IMG/VR virus record: IMGVR_UViG_3300025357_000001
DNA length: 64,000 nt
From: an uncultured virus (IMG/VR IMGVR_UViG_3300025357_000001)
Taxonomy: Duplodnaviria; Heunggongvirae; Uroviricota; Caudoviricetes
Reading direction: 5' to 3' (one strand)
Both the position numbers and the translations under genes were made by a program. This document shows positions 34,140-43,182 of this stretch, piece after piece. The notes beneath the pieces were generated by a model. The model was not told the DNA's origin, did not search any database, and saw only the letters and a program-made list of their open reading frames with translations. Position 1 is the first letter of the stretch, and every line of letters starts with the position of its first letter.

Positions 34140-34435
34140 GATTTTGGGTATATGATGGCGACTATCTGTTACGTCGATTTGCACGTTTGGAAGAGGCACA
34201 GCACTTTTGCAAATATACTAACTTTTTAATTGTTAAAAAGCCACGCGAAGTAAAGCGTGTTGACTTATCACAGTTTGAGGAGGCTTTATTTTGAAAGATA
34301 GAGATGGTGGAAAAGGTGATAGCCGTCGCCCATTAAATGTTCCAAAAGAGCAATTCGAGTCAAACTGGGATCGCATATTTAAAAAGATACCAACATTAGA
34401 AGAGTTGGAAGAGCAAAGAGAAGAGGCGCTACAAA

Positions 34436-34831
34436 ATGAACGCAAATGAACTAGCTGATGCACTTCAGGAAACCGAACCGTACTACTCAACGGACTATAA
34501 GTTATTTGACCAAGCAGCAACCATGCTACGCCAGCAACAAGCTGAAATTGATACCTATAAGTTACAAAATAGCAATCAAATTGATACCCATAGGTATGAA
34601 CCAGTAGCGTGGATGATGGAAAACCCTCAAAATACGAGTGCATATTTGACTTTTGAAAAACCCACAAGAGAAATGAAAATTAGTCATCAAGCTATCCCAC
34701 TCTACACCCATCCCAGCAAAGACCTAACAGATGAGGAAATAATTGAAGTTTGGTGTAGAATGGAAACTGACACAGGCGAACAAAACATTGCGTTTGCTAG
34801 AGCAATACTAAGAAAGGCACAAGAGAAATGA
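34436..34831 (+). CDS. hypothetical mosaic phage protein
   Basis: EPVAW...PLY and LTDEEI...FARAI modules common in phage accessory genes. Confidence 0.6.
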   Translation: MNANELADALQETEPYYSTDYKLFDQAATMLRQQQAEIDTYKLQNSNQIDTHRYEPVAWMMENPQNTSAYLTFEKPTREMKISHQAIPLYTHPSKDLTDEEIIEVWCRMETDTGEQNIAFARAILRKAQEK

Positions 34832-35025
34832 ATGCAAAACAAATAGCTGATGAATTGGAAAACATTTATTGGATACAGGGCGATGGAAAAGGCAAACCAT
34901 TTCAGCAATATGCAGACTTTGTACGCCAGCAACAAGCTGAAATAGAGGCGTTGAAAAAGCGTCCAGCAATTAACAAAGCAGACGGATTGGTTTGCGCTAA
35001 ATGTTACGAAAGGATTGGAGAATGA
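34828..35025 (+). CDS. hypothetical protein
   Basis: partial paralog of 34436..34831 (ADEL...RQQQAEI). Confidence 0.55.
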   Translation: MNAKQIADELENIYWIQGDGKGKPFQQYADFVRQQQAEIEALKKRPAINKADGLVCAKCYERIGE

Positions 35026-35375
35026 CCACCTTCACCACACAAGACCGGCAAGATGCCGAACGAGACGGAAAATGCCAACACTGCGAAAACGGGTGTATTG
35101 CCTGTGACGCTAGAGTTTTATTAACTCAAGAAGTGTTACGCATCGGTGACGCATTGGGCTTGAAGACAACCAGCTCCGACTACAACGCCTTCAAGGTAAT
35201 GGAAGTTATCAAGCAACTTATTGATGCCAGTCGACTTGCCAGCAAGCCAATGAAAAAGCGCCCGTTGACTGATGAGGAGATTAAAGATATTTGGATGGTG
35301 CGACCAGCCAATACATCAGAGGCGGTTATTGCGTTCGCCCGTGCCATCGAGCGAGCCCACGGAATAGGAGAATAG
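35022..35375 (+). CDS. hypothetical protein
   Basis: likely start MTTFTT after GGAG; Cys cluster; LTDEEI...FARAIE module. Confidence 0.55.
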   Translation: MTTFTTQDRQDAERDGKCQHCENGCIACDARVLLTQEVLRIGDALGLKTTSSDYNAFKVMEVIKQLIDASRLASKPMKKRPLTDEEIKDIWMVRPANTSEAVIAFARAIERAHGIGE

Positions 35376-35376
35376 G

Positions 35377-35562
35377 ATGATTGAAGTTAAGAAAGTCAAA
35401 GGGCAAAACGCAATTAAACCAATTCGGTTGAGCCAAGGTCAATATATGGCTCTTGTAAATATGGGCGAAGATCCAACCAAATTTATAAACAAATTAGTTG
35501 CCAAAGTAGCCAAGAAAAGACGCTGGACTTGGTGGTTTGCCAAACAGGCAAATAAATTATGA
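35377..35562 (+). CDS. hypothetical protein
   Basis: AGGAG RBS, ORF in gene-dense operon. Confidence 0.5.
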   Translation: MIEVKKVKGQNAIKPIRLSQGQYMALVNMGEDPTKFINKLVAKVAKKRRWTWWFAKQANKL

Positions 35563-35803
35563 GCTTCACCATCTACCAGCACGACGGCCTCAAAGTCATC
35601 CAGTGGTTTTGGACAACCGATGAGCTCATTGCCAGTATGTTAAAACATCCACACGATAGGTACCACAGAAATGACTGAAGACGAACTGGAATACAATAGG
35701 CTGTTAGACAATTTAGCAAAGACCATTCGAGAAGGTAACTCTAAGTTAAGCGAAGCATTTAGAAAAGCTGTAGAAGAATCAAGACTAAAAAGGGAAAAAG
35801 AAA

Positions 35804-36061
35804 ATGAAAAGCATATTTAAAGCAAAACAAAAAGAAGAGAAGATCACAACCACCAAGTACGTGGTGTACTTCAACAAGCCAAAAGAAATGCTTGACGATG
35901 TAAGCTATTTCCTGCACTCACAATGGCAAGCAACCGAGTTTGGCACACTGCATAAGGCGAGGGAATTTGCAAAGAACCAAGCACGTTACTTTGAGTGCTA
36001 CGTTGCGGAGATCACACCACTCTTTAAATACAGCAACGAAACCAAAGAGGAAGAGCTATGA
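35804..36061 (+). CDS. hypothetical protein
   Basis: ORF in operon orientation. Confidence 0.5.
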   Translation: MKSIFKAKQKEEKITTTKYVVYFNKPKEMLDDVSYFLHSQWQATEFGTLHKAREFAKNQARYFECYVAEITPLFKYSNETKEEEL

Positions 36062-36230
36062 TGGACTTAAAAGAAATCAAGCTAAAATTTGAATGCGACA
36101 TAGCAACATGGCACCAACAACAAGTTAAAGATTTGGATTTACACAAAGCAATTTGTGAAGCGATTAATAAAGAACTAAATTTGTGGGGGCTAGCTGGTAA
36201 TCAAACACTTAGTCTTAGAGGTGAAATAGG

Positions 36231-36416
36231 ATGATTGACATCGGAATAGCGCTGTTGATTGGCTTTATGGTCGGCCTTTACATCAAACCAAAAGACAAAG
36301 ACCTTGTAGAGCAACAAAAAATATACGACGAAAAAGTAAAACAGTTTGAGCAAGATATTATTTATTATAAAAACCTGTGCAAATGGCACGCAGAAAGGAA
36401 ACAGAATGGCAATTAA
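36231..36416 (+). CDS. small membrane-anchored protein
   Basis: N-terminal TM helix. Confidence 0.5.
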   Translation: MIDIGIALLIGFMVGLYIKPKDKDLVEQQKIYDEKVKQFEQDIIYYKNLCKWHAERKQNGN

Positions 36417-36696
36417 AAAAGAAACCGTAAAGGTCCCAGCAATTAAAGAAAAAAGCGGTAAGGTAATTCCAGCACCATCCATCGCCTACTCACACGAAGA
36501 GATTGAAAAGAAAGCTGGACGCAAAAAGAATGAAGACAAGCGCGGATTCTTGTTATCAAGCGGTGAGTTTGCTGGCCGCAAAAAAGCAGCCAAAGTAGCA
36601 GAGAAGGCTGGGGAGGTGCCAAAGAAAGTGGGAAAAAAGTTGCACTCCCACGATCTGCGAGAAGCGATGGGAGTAGCGAAAAAGAAGCTGAAATAA
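36406..36696 (+). CDS. basic hypothetical protein
   Basis: likely start MAIKKE after AAGGA; GFLLSSGEF.GRK.A motif. Confidence 0.5.
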   Translation: MAIKKETVKVPAIKEKSGKVIPAPSIAYSHEEIEKKAGRKKNEDKRGFLLSSGEFAGRKKAAKVAEKAGEVPKKVGKKLHSHDLREAMGVAKKKLK

Positions 36697-36707
36697 GGAG
36701 AGGCAAT

Positions 36708-36911
36708 ATGGTTCCATACGACAACGGTAAGGTGAAGATTGGTATCTACTATCAGCCACCAAAATACGTGGAGTATGATAGCGATATGTTACGTTTGCAA
36801 TCATTCCTAATTGGTGACCCAGACAGGCTTCGTCGTGAATACTGGTATAATGTTGCCTATAAATTAATCATATTGCTTTGTTTAATCATCATCATTCTTG
36901 TTAATAAATGA
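36708..36911 (+). CDS. hypothetical protein with C-terminal TM
   Basis: AAGGAG RBS; PYDNGKVKIG..YQPP. Confidence 0.55.
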   Translation: MVPYDNGKVKIGIYYQPPKYVEYDSDMLRLQSFLIGDPDRLRREYWYNVAYKLIILLCLIIIILVNK

Positions 36912-37732
36912 CACCTAATTTTGTAGCCGTATCAGGACTGCCAAGAGCTGGCTCAACACTACTGTGCCAGCTTCTTAGTATGCACCCAGAGATCCATTCC
37001 GAAGGGCGCTCTTCGCCTTTGCTTAACGGCATGGCGGCTATGCGCAAACAAATATCGGGCGATACGTTCTTGTTGTCGCAAATGGATAATAATTTTGGTG
37101 ATACCTACGCGCATCTTAAAAGCGCAATGACAGGATACTTGCGTTCTTGGTATCACAACAGCGGTGACAAGAAGGTAGTGATTGATAAGAACCGGGGATG
37201 GTTACAAGCCATCGAGCTTTTGACCCATCTTGCCCCCGAGGCCAAAGTGTTGGTGTGCACCAGAGAGTTAACGCAGATCATTGGTTCAATCGAGGCCCAA
37301 CACCAAAAAACTATTGCGCTTGATATGACTGAGACTGTGCCGCATAACGACAGAGTGAACAGGGCAATCGCGTGGATGGATAAGAAGGGAGTTGTCGGGA
37401 ACGCATTGATGTCAATTGATGCGCTCAGTGATTTACCTAATGAGGTCCGCGACCGAGTGTTAATTGTGCGGTTTGAGGATTTGTTAGGCGGCCCACAAAT
37501 AACCATGAGCTACATTTTTAAATGGCTTGGGTTAGATGAATATGTGATTGATGTAAATAATTTGCCAGTGATGTCTAGTGAGAGCGATAGCCACTATCGG
37601 ATGAAGTACTCGCACAAAACATCCACCGCAATCACCGCGCCCAAGTTGCACATTGTTTCAGATAGATTAAGGAAGCAGTTACGAGATAACAACGATTGGT
37701 ACTATCAACTCTACTATAAAGAATTTTTATGA
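36908..37732 (+). CDS. PAPS-dependent sulfotransferase
   Basis: 5'-PSB loop SGLPRAGSTLL, IDKNR, 3'-PB-like CTRELTQIIGS, VRFEDL. Confidence 0.85.
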   Translation: MTPNFVAVSGLPRAGSTLLCQLLSMHPEIHSEGRSSPLLNGMAAMRKQISGDTFLLSQMDNNFGDTYAHLKSAMTGYLRSWYHNSGDKKVVIDKNRGWLQAIELLTHLAPEAKVLVCTRELTQIIGSIEAQHQKTIALDMTETVPHNDRVNRAIAWMDKKGVVGNALMSIDALSDLPNEVRDRVLIVRFEDLLGGPQITMSYIFKWLGLDEYVIDVNNLPVMSSESDSHYRMKYSHKTSTAITAPKLHIVSDRLRKQLRDNNDWYYQLYYKEFL

Positions 37733-38280
37733 AAAAATATAACTACTACAAGTTAGACACAGGATTTTTTAACGCACCAGTAAAGTTGTGCTTTGGTGTA
37801 TCTGCGTTTCAAGAAGTGTTGCATGATGCCGGATTACGCATCAAAGAGATGCCACTAAACGATGGTATTGCAGAGACGCACTTCATTGATGATGATCCAA
37901 AGAATTCGTTAATCATTGTTATTTTTGATTTAAACGACTGCAACGTAGATGAAGAAGAGCAATATCTTTTAGGAGTAATTGCGCATGAGTCTGTGCACGT
38001 AGTAGAAAGAGTATTTCAGTACGTTGGAGATGCAGATGAGGCGGGGGAGGAGACACGCGCCTATTTAACAGAACATATTTTTAAACAGATCTATAAAGGC
38101 GTTAAAGATGAATTTGGAAAAAGAAATAGAAAGGCGATTAAACTCCTTAGTAAAATCAAACCGGGGCTTGACATACAAGTGGATATCAACAGTGACGGGA
38201 GTACCGGATCGAATAATAATCCTGAACCAAAAACTGTACCTAGTGGAATTAAAAACAGCTACCGGAAAAATATCCGCTAG
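37729..38280 (+). CDS. HExxH metallopeptidase-like protein
   Basis: IAHESVH...EETRAY; 3' end overlaps the VRR-NUC gene. Confidence 0.55.
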   Translation: MKKYNYYKLDTGFFNAPVKLCFGVSAFQEVLHDAGLRIKEMPLNDGIAETHFIDDDPKNSLIIVIFDLNDCNVDEEEQYLLGVIAHESVHVVERVFQYVGDADEAGEETRAYLTEHIFKQIYKGVKDEFGKRNRKAIKLLSKIKPGLDIQVDINSDGSTGSNNNPEPKTVPSGIKNSYRKNIR

Positions 38281-38383
38281 ACAAAGTGTAGTTTTTGACG
38301 AGCTGGGTGAGGCAGGTTTTCCAGTTCATGTACTTCGGTCTATTGATGATGTAGAGGATTTTATTTGTGATGCACTCCGCTAA
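38108..38383 (+). CDS. VRR-NUC domain nuclease
   Basis: EKEIE...GVPDRI...VELKT..G.IS..Q. Confidence 0.85.
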   Translation: MNLEKEIERRLNSLVKSNRGLTYKWISTVTGVPDRIIILNQKLYLVELKTATGKISARQSVVFDELGEAGFPVHVLRSIDDVEDFICDALR

Positions 38384-38846
38384 AAGAAAACACATTGGTT
38401 CTTATTTAAACAACGCAAAATCAAGAGCCAAAAGAGACAACGTACCATTTGATTTAACTATTGATTATTTAGAATCTATTTCAACTGATGAGTGTCCAGT
38501 ATTTCACACACCGTTTGATTGGGGCGCCTCTGGTTTGGGTAAAGGCCAAGCCAAAGAGTTTGGGCCAACATTAGATAGAATTGAACCAGAGAAAGGATAT
38601 GTGGAAGGCAACGTGGCGTTCATATCATACAAAGCCAACCGCATAAAAGACAATGGTACAATGCAAGATCATTACGACATAGCCGATTGGATTTGGAACC
38701 ACATACATGCTAAAGAGAAGTCAGCTTCATCCGTATCAACAAAACTTGATAGCCATAGCCAAGCAGACGCCAAACGTCGGGCTGTTCTTGCCGCCCGGCT
38801 TGGGGAAGACCGCGACAACTCTAACCATCATTGCGGAACAGTTTAA
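38370..38846 (+). CDS. free-standing His-Me finger (HNH-like) endonuclease
   Basis: AKSRAK...FDLT...CPVF...PTLDRIEPEKGYVEGNVAFIS..AN..K. Confidence 0.75.
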   Translation: MHSAKRKHIGSYLNNAKSRAKRDNVPFDLTIDYLESISTDECPVFHTPFDWGASGLGKGQAKEFGPTLDRIEPEKGYVEGNVAFISYKANRIKDNGTMQDHYDIADWIWNHIHAKEKSASSVSTKLDSHSQADAKRRAVLAARLGEDRDNSNHHCGTV

Positions 38847-40044
38847 AGGCTCAACATTAATCATAGCGCCTAAAAGGGTAGCTGAAACAGTATGGGAAAC
38901 GGAAACACAAAAATGGGAACATCTGAAACATTTAAAAGTAGCCAAAATACTTGGAACACCACAGCAACGGATGTCAGCGCTAACCAGCTCCTCGGACATT
39001 TATTTAGTGAATTTGGAAAATGTTTCGTGGCTAACGGAACAGGCTCAGATGAAGCAGTTCAAGAATCTAGTGATAGACGAGAGTAGTCGATTCAAGGACC
39101 CAAGCACAAAAAGATTTAAAGCTTTAAAGAAATGGTTAAAAGGCTTTCAGAGACGTATTATTCTCACAGGTACACCTACCCCTCAGGGACTACCTGATCT
39201 CTGGTCTCAGGTGGGTATATTGGACTTAGGAGAGCGTTTGGAAACTAGTTTAACTAAGTTCAGGGATAAATACCTACAACCAGATCAAATGAATCGGCAT
39301 ACACATGTTATTTACAGTTGGAAATTAAAAAGTGGTGCGGATAAAGATATTAACGATAAGATTGCGGATATTTGTTTTAGTCTTAAAGCTGAGGATTATT
39401 TGCAGCTGCCTAGCTGCACTTCGCTTTATCACAAAATTGAAATAGACAAGAACGTAAAGGACAAATATGACCAACTTAGAAAAGACATGGTCGTTGAGCT
39501 CAAGCAGGAGCGTATCACAGCTCCGACAGCGGCGACATTGGCGGGCAAGTTACTCCAATTCACCAGCGGCGCAATTTATGGCCAAGATGGAGAAACACAG
39601 GAAATACACCGTTCTAAGTTGGAATACCTTGAGTCGATCATGGAGGAATCTTCCTCGCCAACGCTGGTCTTCTACCACTTTAAACATTCGCTCCAAAGAC
39701 TGCGTCTCATGTTCCCGCAAGCTGTGGTCTTGGACGACAACAACATTGAGGCGTGGCGTAACGGCAAGATTCGTATGCTCCTCGCCCATCCCCAGTCTGG
39801 GGGAATCGGGCTTAATTTACAGTGCAACGTTGGTGACACAGCACAAACGGTCTGGTTCGATTTACCATGGAGCTCAGAGAACTACATCCAAGCCAACGCA
39901 CGTATTTACCGCCAAGGGCAAGAAAAGCCGGTTATTATACACCATCTAACGGTGTCTAATAGTATCGACGAACATGTAGTAAAAGTATTAGAAGGAAAAA
40001 TTTCTCAACAAGATGCACTCTTAAATGCACTAGATATTTCGTAA
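38707..40044 (+). CDS. SNF2-family helicase
   Basis: LHPYQ, PGLGKT, VIDESS, LTGTP, GIGLNLQ, QANARIYRQGQ. Confidence 0.92.
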   Translation: MLKRSQLHPYQQNLIAIAKQTPNVGLFLPPGLGKTATTLTIIAEQFKGSTLIIAPKRVAETVWETETQKWEHLKHLKVAKILGTPQQRMSALTSSSDIYLVNLENVSWLTEQAQMKQFKNLVIDESSRFKDPSTKRFKALKKWLKGFQRRIILTGTPTPQGLPDLWSQVGILDLGERLETSLTKFRDKYLQPDQMNRHTHVIYSWKLKSGADKDINDKIADICFSLKAEDYLQLPSCTSLYHKIEIDKNVKDKYDQLRKDMVVELKQERITAPTAATLAGKLLQFTSGAIYGQDGETQEIHRSKLEYLESIMEESSSPTLVFYHFKHSLQRLRLMFPQAVVLDDNNIEAWRNGKIRMLLAHPQSGGIGLNLQCNVGDTAQTVWFDLPWSSENYIQANARIYRQGQEKPVIIHHLTVSNSIDEHVVKVLEGKISQQDALLNALDIS

Positions 40045-40045
40045 A

Positions 40046-40345
40046 ATGGCACACAAAATAAACGCAGTTTCTCCCCGCTTATCTGATGAAGACATTGATC
40101 CGATTGAACAAGACGATCCTGAGCATCAGAATACTTTTCCAATTGACGATTGGATGCCTTGGAACACAGAAGATATTGAAGACATTCGTAAAATAATTAA
40201 CGACAAGATGCCTTCAAAATCTAAATTTGTGTTAGAATCGTTTTTAAATGGGCTCACGTTTTTTGACGTTGGAGTGACAGAAAAATACTGGAGATACCAT
40301 TTTAATAAAGGTGTTGAATACATTAAATTGGAACTTAAACTATGA
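40046..40345 (+). CDS. stand-alone sigma region-4-like protein
   Basis: IRKIINDKMPSKSKFVL...NGLT..DVGVT...RYHFNKGVEYIK follows the sigma-4 helix pattern with a shortened HTH. Confidence 0.5.
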   Translation: MAHKINAVSPRLSDEDIDPIEQDDPEHQNTFPIDDWMPWNTEDIEDIRKIINDKMPSKSKFVLESFLNGLTFFDVGVTEKYWRYHFNKGVEYIKLELKL

Positions 40346-40527
40346 GCACATTTGTAATAGAACACGTATACAAAGGCTATCCACTGTTTGAAACAATCAC
40401 AGGGGTAGAAGATGTGGATTTATCCATGTATGAAAAACTGTTGAGCCTTTGGGTTTGTGAAACACCGGAAGAAATTGAAGCTGTAGAAAATGAATTGAGA
40501 AGAAAACATGCACGATCCAGTAAATAG
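40342..40527 (+). CDS. hypothetical protein
   Basis: coupled ORF. Confidence 0.5.
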   Translation: MSTFVIEHVYKGYPLFETITGVEDVDLSMYEKLLSLWVCETPEEIEAVENELRRKHARSSK

Positions 40528-40741
40528 TCCACGACATTACACAGCACACCCGAGTGGAATTGAGTGCATTGATGTTACCAGACACATGAATTTTAACCTT
40601 GGCAACGCAATTAAATATATCTGGCGCGCAGACCTCAAGCACGATGCTGTGGAGGATCTGCGTAAAGCTGTTTGGTATTTGCAAGACGAATTGAAAAAGC
40701 GCACAAAGATTTCTAGTGCGGATCCGGAGTGCGGAAAATGA
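40508..40741 (+). CDS. DUF3310 / T7 gp1.7-like nucleotide kinase
   Basis: DPVNSPRHY...IECID...FNLGNAIKYIWRA..K...EDLRKAVWYL. Confidence 0.85.
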   Translation: MHDPVNSPRHYTAHPSGIECIDVTRHMNFNLGNAIKYIWRADLKHDAVEDLRKAVWYLQDELKKRTKISSADPECGK

Positions 40742-40926
40742 TTGAGTTTATTTTTGTAAGCCTTATTTGTGTAGGCCCTAAGTGCGATTTTGTGGTTAGT
40801 AATCAACCAGTTACGCAAGAAAAGTGCATGAAATTTAAAGAAGAATTCCTGCAAGTAGCAGCTCAACCCAACGTAACCTTTGCTGCAACGCAATGCGTTC
40901 CTACAAAACAAAAGGATATGATATGA
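40738..40926 (+). CDS. small Cys-containing protein
   Basis: hydrophobic N-terminus, four Cys. Confidence 0.45.
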   Translation: MIEFIFVSLICVGPKCDFVVSNQPVTQEKCMKFKEEFLQVAAQPNVTFAATQCVPTKQKDMI

Positions 40927-41141
40927 AAATTGAATTAGATCCGGATATGTGTGATAAAATTGTTGCGGCAACTTTAGTTGCTACATACAAATCACTAAAG
41001 AACGATATTAAGAAAGCCAAAAAGAATCCCAACCATTACGCTCCAGAAGATTTGGAAATGTACGAGTCTGTGATTGAGGGTTTAAAGCTAGTTGGTCCTT
41101 GGTATGTTTTTGATTGGGAAGGTAAGATAAAAAGCAAATGA
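40923..41141 (+). CDS. hypothetical protein
   Basis: likely start MKIELD. Confidence 0.5.
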   Translation: MKIELDPDMCDKIVAATLVATYKSLKNDIKKAKKNPNHYAPEDLEMYESVIEGLKLVGPWYVFDWEGKIKSK

Positions 41142-41452
41142 AACTATTTTCACAGTATGACCGTTTTGAATTAGAGCAAGACATCATGAAAGCGTGGAGT
41201 GTTGTCGAAATGATTGATGAATTGGTTCGCCAACATTTAGATCGTCCACAAGGCGCTTTTACTGAAGACGAATTAGCTAATCGGTTGGAAGGCATCAAGT
41301 ACGTCACTGAAATGAATTTTCAGCGTTTGTGGGATGGTTTTGAGGTGATGCTTAAAAACGGCCAGTTTGCAAGAATTGGTGAGGCAGTACCAATTACCGA
41401 TGACGATAAACTATTTGAAATTTTAACCAAAAAGAAAGGCAGTAAAAAATGA
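41138..41452 (+). CDS. hypothetical protein
   Basis: DRFELEQDIMKAW motif seen in phage proteins. Confidence 0.55.
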   Translation: MKLFSQYDRFELEQDIMKAWSVVEMIDELVRQHLDRPQGAFTEDELANRLEGIKYVTEMNFQRLWDGFEVMLKNGQFARIGEAVPITDDDKLFEILTKKKGSKK

Positions 41453-41661
41453 CAGATACAGTAGATACACAAGTAAACCCCTTAGATGACAAAATTTTAA
41501 CTTTGCAGTTTACTGTTAAAGATATCAACGCTATCTTAGGTTTGTTGGGTAATTTGCCATTTGTTCAGTCTGTTGGCTTGATTAACGCAATCCAAGCACA
41601 ATGCACTCCACAAGTACAGGCACTCCAAGCCAATAGTGAAGAGACATCAGCAAATGGATAA
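41449..41661 (+). CDS. hypothetical protein
   Basis: INAIL..LG.LPF...LI..IQ.Q pattern. Confidence 0.55.
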   Translation: MTDTVDTQVNPLDDKILTLQFTVKDINAILGLLGNLPFVQSVGLINAIQAQCTPQVQALQANSEETSANG

Positions 41662-41896
41662 CTTCATGAGGCAGTTTCTAAAGCATAGAGGCTTTAGTAA
41701 CGACATGATTAAAGCTGTAGAGGAAAAGACAAAGCGTACCAGCCAAGAAAAGGAAATGGAAGATCGCCTTGTAGCCGAAGCTATGGCCAAAAACATGATC
41801 AACGAAATGATGCCAATGTTCAGAAAGCATCTTGCAGAGCAGCAAAAGGCTAAAGAAAAGCCAGTTAAGAAAATTATTGTTCCAGACGACAAATAG
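41654..41896 (+). CDS. hypothetical protein
   Basis: ORF, likely start MDNFMR. Confidence 0.5.
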   Translation: MDNFMRQFLKHRGFSNDMIKAVEEKTKRTSQEKEMEDRLVAEAMAKNMINEMMPMFRKHLAEQQKAKEKPVKKIIVPDDK

Positions 41897-41932
41897 GGCG
41901 GTTTTTAGGTGGTTTGTGCATTAGTATAAATA
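41896..41932 (+). promoter_or_regulatory. phage late-class promoter driving the terS-containing operon
   Basis: GGGCG 41896-41900, N16, TGCATTA 41917-41923, then GTAT. Confidence 0.75.
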
Positions 41933-41997
41933 GGGAGTACAACTCGTCGTGAGACGCTTGGAAACCCATTTACACACTATACACACAGGAGAATCAC

Positions 41998-42255
41998 ATG
42001 AACCCATTTGAATTACGCTTTTCTATTTTCAACACAGCCAAAGACATCCTAATTAAGCAACATGAAGCTAATTTAGCGGCTTGGGAACTGCTCAACAAGG
42101 GTGCCAAAAAGGCAGAAGAACTAGCCCCTAAGTTTCCAACAGTCGAAGAAATTGTAGATAAGGCTATTGAAATCAATAAATTTATCAGCGAGTCCAGCGT
42201 TAACGAGTTTACCAAAGTGGCTAAACGTTTAACTGGCACTACTGTAATATTCTAA
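41998..42255 (+). CDS. hypothetical protein
   Basis: AGGAG RBS; NPFELR...AKD ... FPTVEEIV.KA.EIN.FI. Confidence 0.65.
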   Translation: MNPFELRFSIFNTAKDILIKQHEANLAAWELLNKGAKKAEELAPKFPTVEEIVDKAIEINKFISESSVNEFTKVAKRLTGTTVIF

Positions 42256-42310
42256 ACTTTACAATCATGGGCGGTTAACTTTACAATCGCCCATTTTTAA
42301 CTTTACAATT

Positions 42311-42460
42311 ATGGCAACTAAACCCGGACTATACGCAAACATCCACGCTAAACAGGAACGCATCAAAGCTGGCTCAGGCGAGAAGATGCGCAAGCCGGGT
42401 GCCAAAGGTGCCCCAACCGCTAAAGCATTCAAACAATCTGCTAAGACAGCAAAGAAATGA
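42311..42460 (+). CDS. small basic protein (49 aa)
   Basis: MATKPGLYANIHAKQERIKAGSGEKMRKPGAKGAPT...; not in ORF track. Confidence 0.65.
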   Translation: MATKPGLYANIHAKQERIKAGSGEKMRKPGAKGAPTAKAFKQSAKTAKK

Positions 42461-42771
42461 AAGACTTTAAGACATTACCTAAGATGGCATCTGGCGGTTC
42501 TGCTAAACATGACAAGCCAATTGCAAAGACAACAACTGGTAAAGGTCGTCACTATCTAAGTACCAGCGAAGGCGCTGGTATGACAGAGGCTGGTCGTAAG
42601 GCATATAACGCCAAAAACGGCAGTCATCTAAAGGCACCACAGCCTGAAGGTGGATCACGCAAAGATTCATTTTGTGCCCGTATGAGCGGCGTTAAAGGTC
42701 CAATGAAGGACGAAAATGGCAAACCAACAAGAAAAGCAGCAGCACTAAAAAGGTGGAAATGTGGTAGCTAA
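42457..42771 (+). CDS. basic protein (DUF6321-like)
   Basis: GMTEAGRKAYN...LKAP...RKDSFCARM...ALKRWKC. Confidence 0.65.
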   Translation: MKDFKTLPKMASGGSAKHDKPIAKTTTGKGRHYLSTSEGAGMTEAGRKAYNAKNGSHLKAPQPEGGSRKDSFCARMSGVKGPMKDENGKPTRKAAALKRWKCGS

Positions 42772-43156
42772 AAGGTCATCCCCAAAGAAAAAACTGTTTA
42801 CAGAGGAAATGGCAAACGTCATTTTGGAACTCGGTAAGCAGGGTGCATCCCAAAAAACGATGTATGCAGCTATTAACATCAGCAAAGCGACAGCGGCAAA
42901 ATGGAAGAAAGAAGACCCATTTTTTGCTGAAACAATGGATTTGGCCACAACTTACGGTCAAAGCTATTGGGAGATGATGATGTTAGCTAACGTCGAAAAC
43001 AAAGCTTTTAACAGCCGTATTGCCGAAATTGCCCTTCGCGGACAATACCCAGACGACTACAAAGATAACCGCGAAATCAAAGCGGAGATCAAACAAGAAA
43101 CCAAAATCGACTTTAACAAAGAAATTGCTGATTTAATTTCCGCCCTAAAAGTCTAA
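42761..43156 (+). CDS. probable terminase small subunit (HTH, P22/Sf6-like)
   Basis: VILELGKQGAS...INISKATAAKWKKEDPFFAE...YWE; under a late promoter. Confidence 0.6.
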   Translation: MVAKRSSPKKKLFTEEMANVILELGKQGASQKTMYAAINISKATAAKWKKEDPFFAETMDLATTYGQSYWEMMMLANVENKAFNSRIAEIALRGQYPDDYKDNREIKAEIKQETKIDFNKEIADLISALKV

Positions 43157-43182
43157 TTATTTATTTTTTCAGTTTTACCTAA

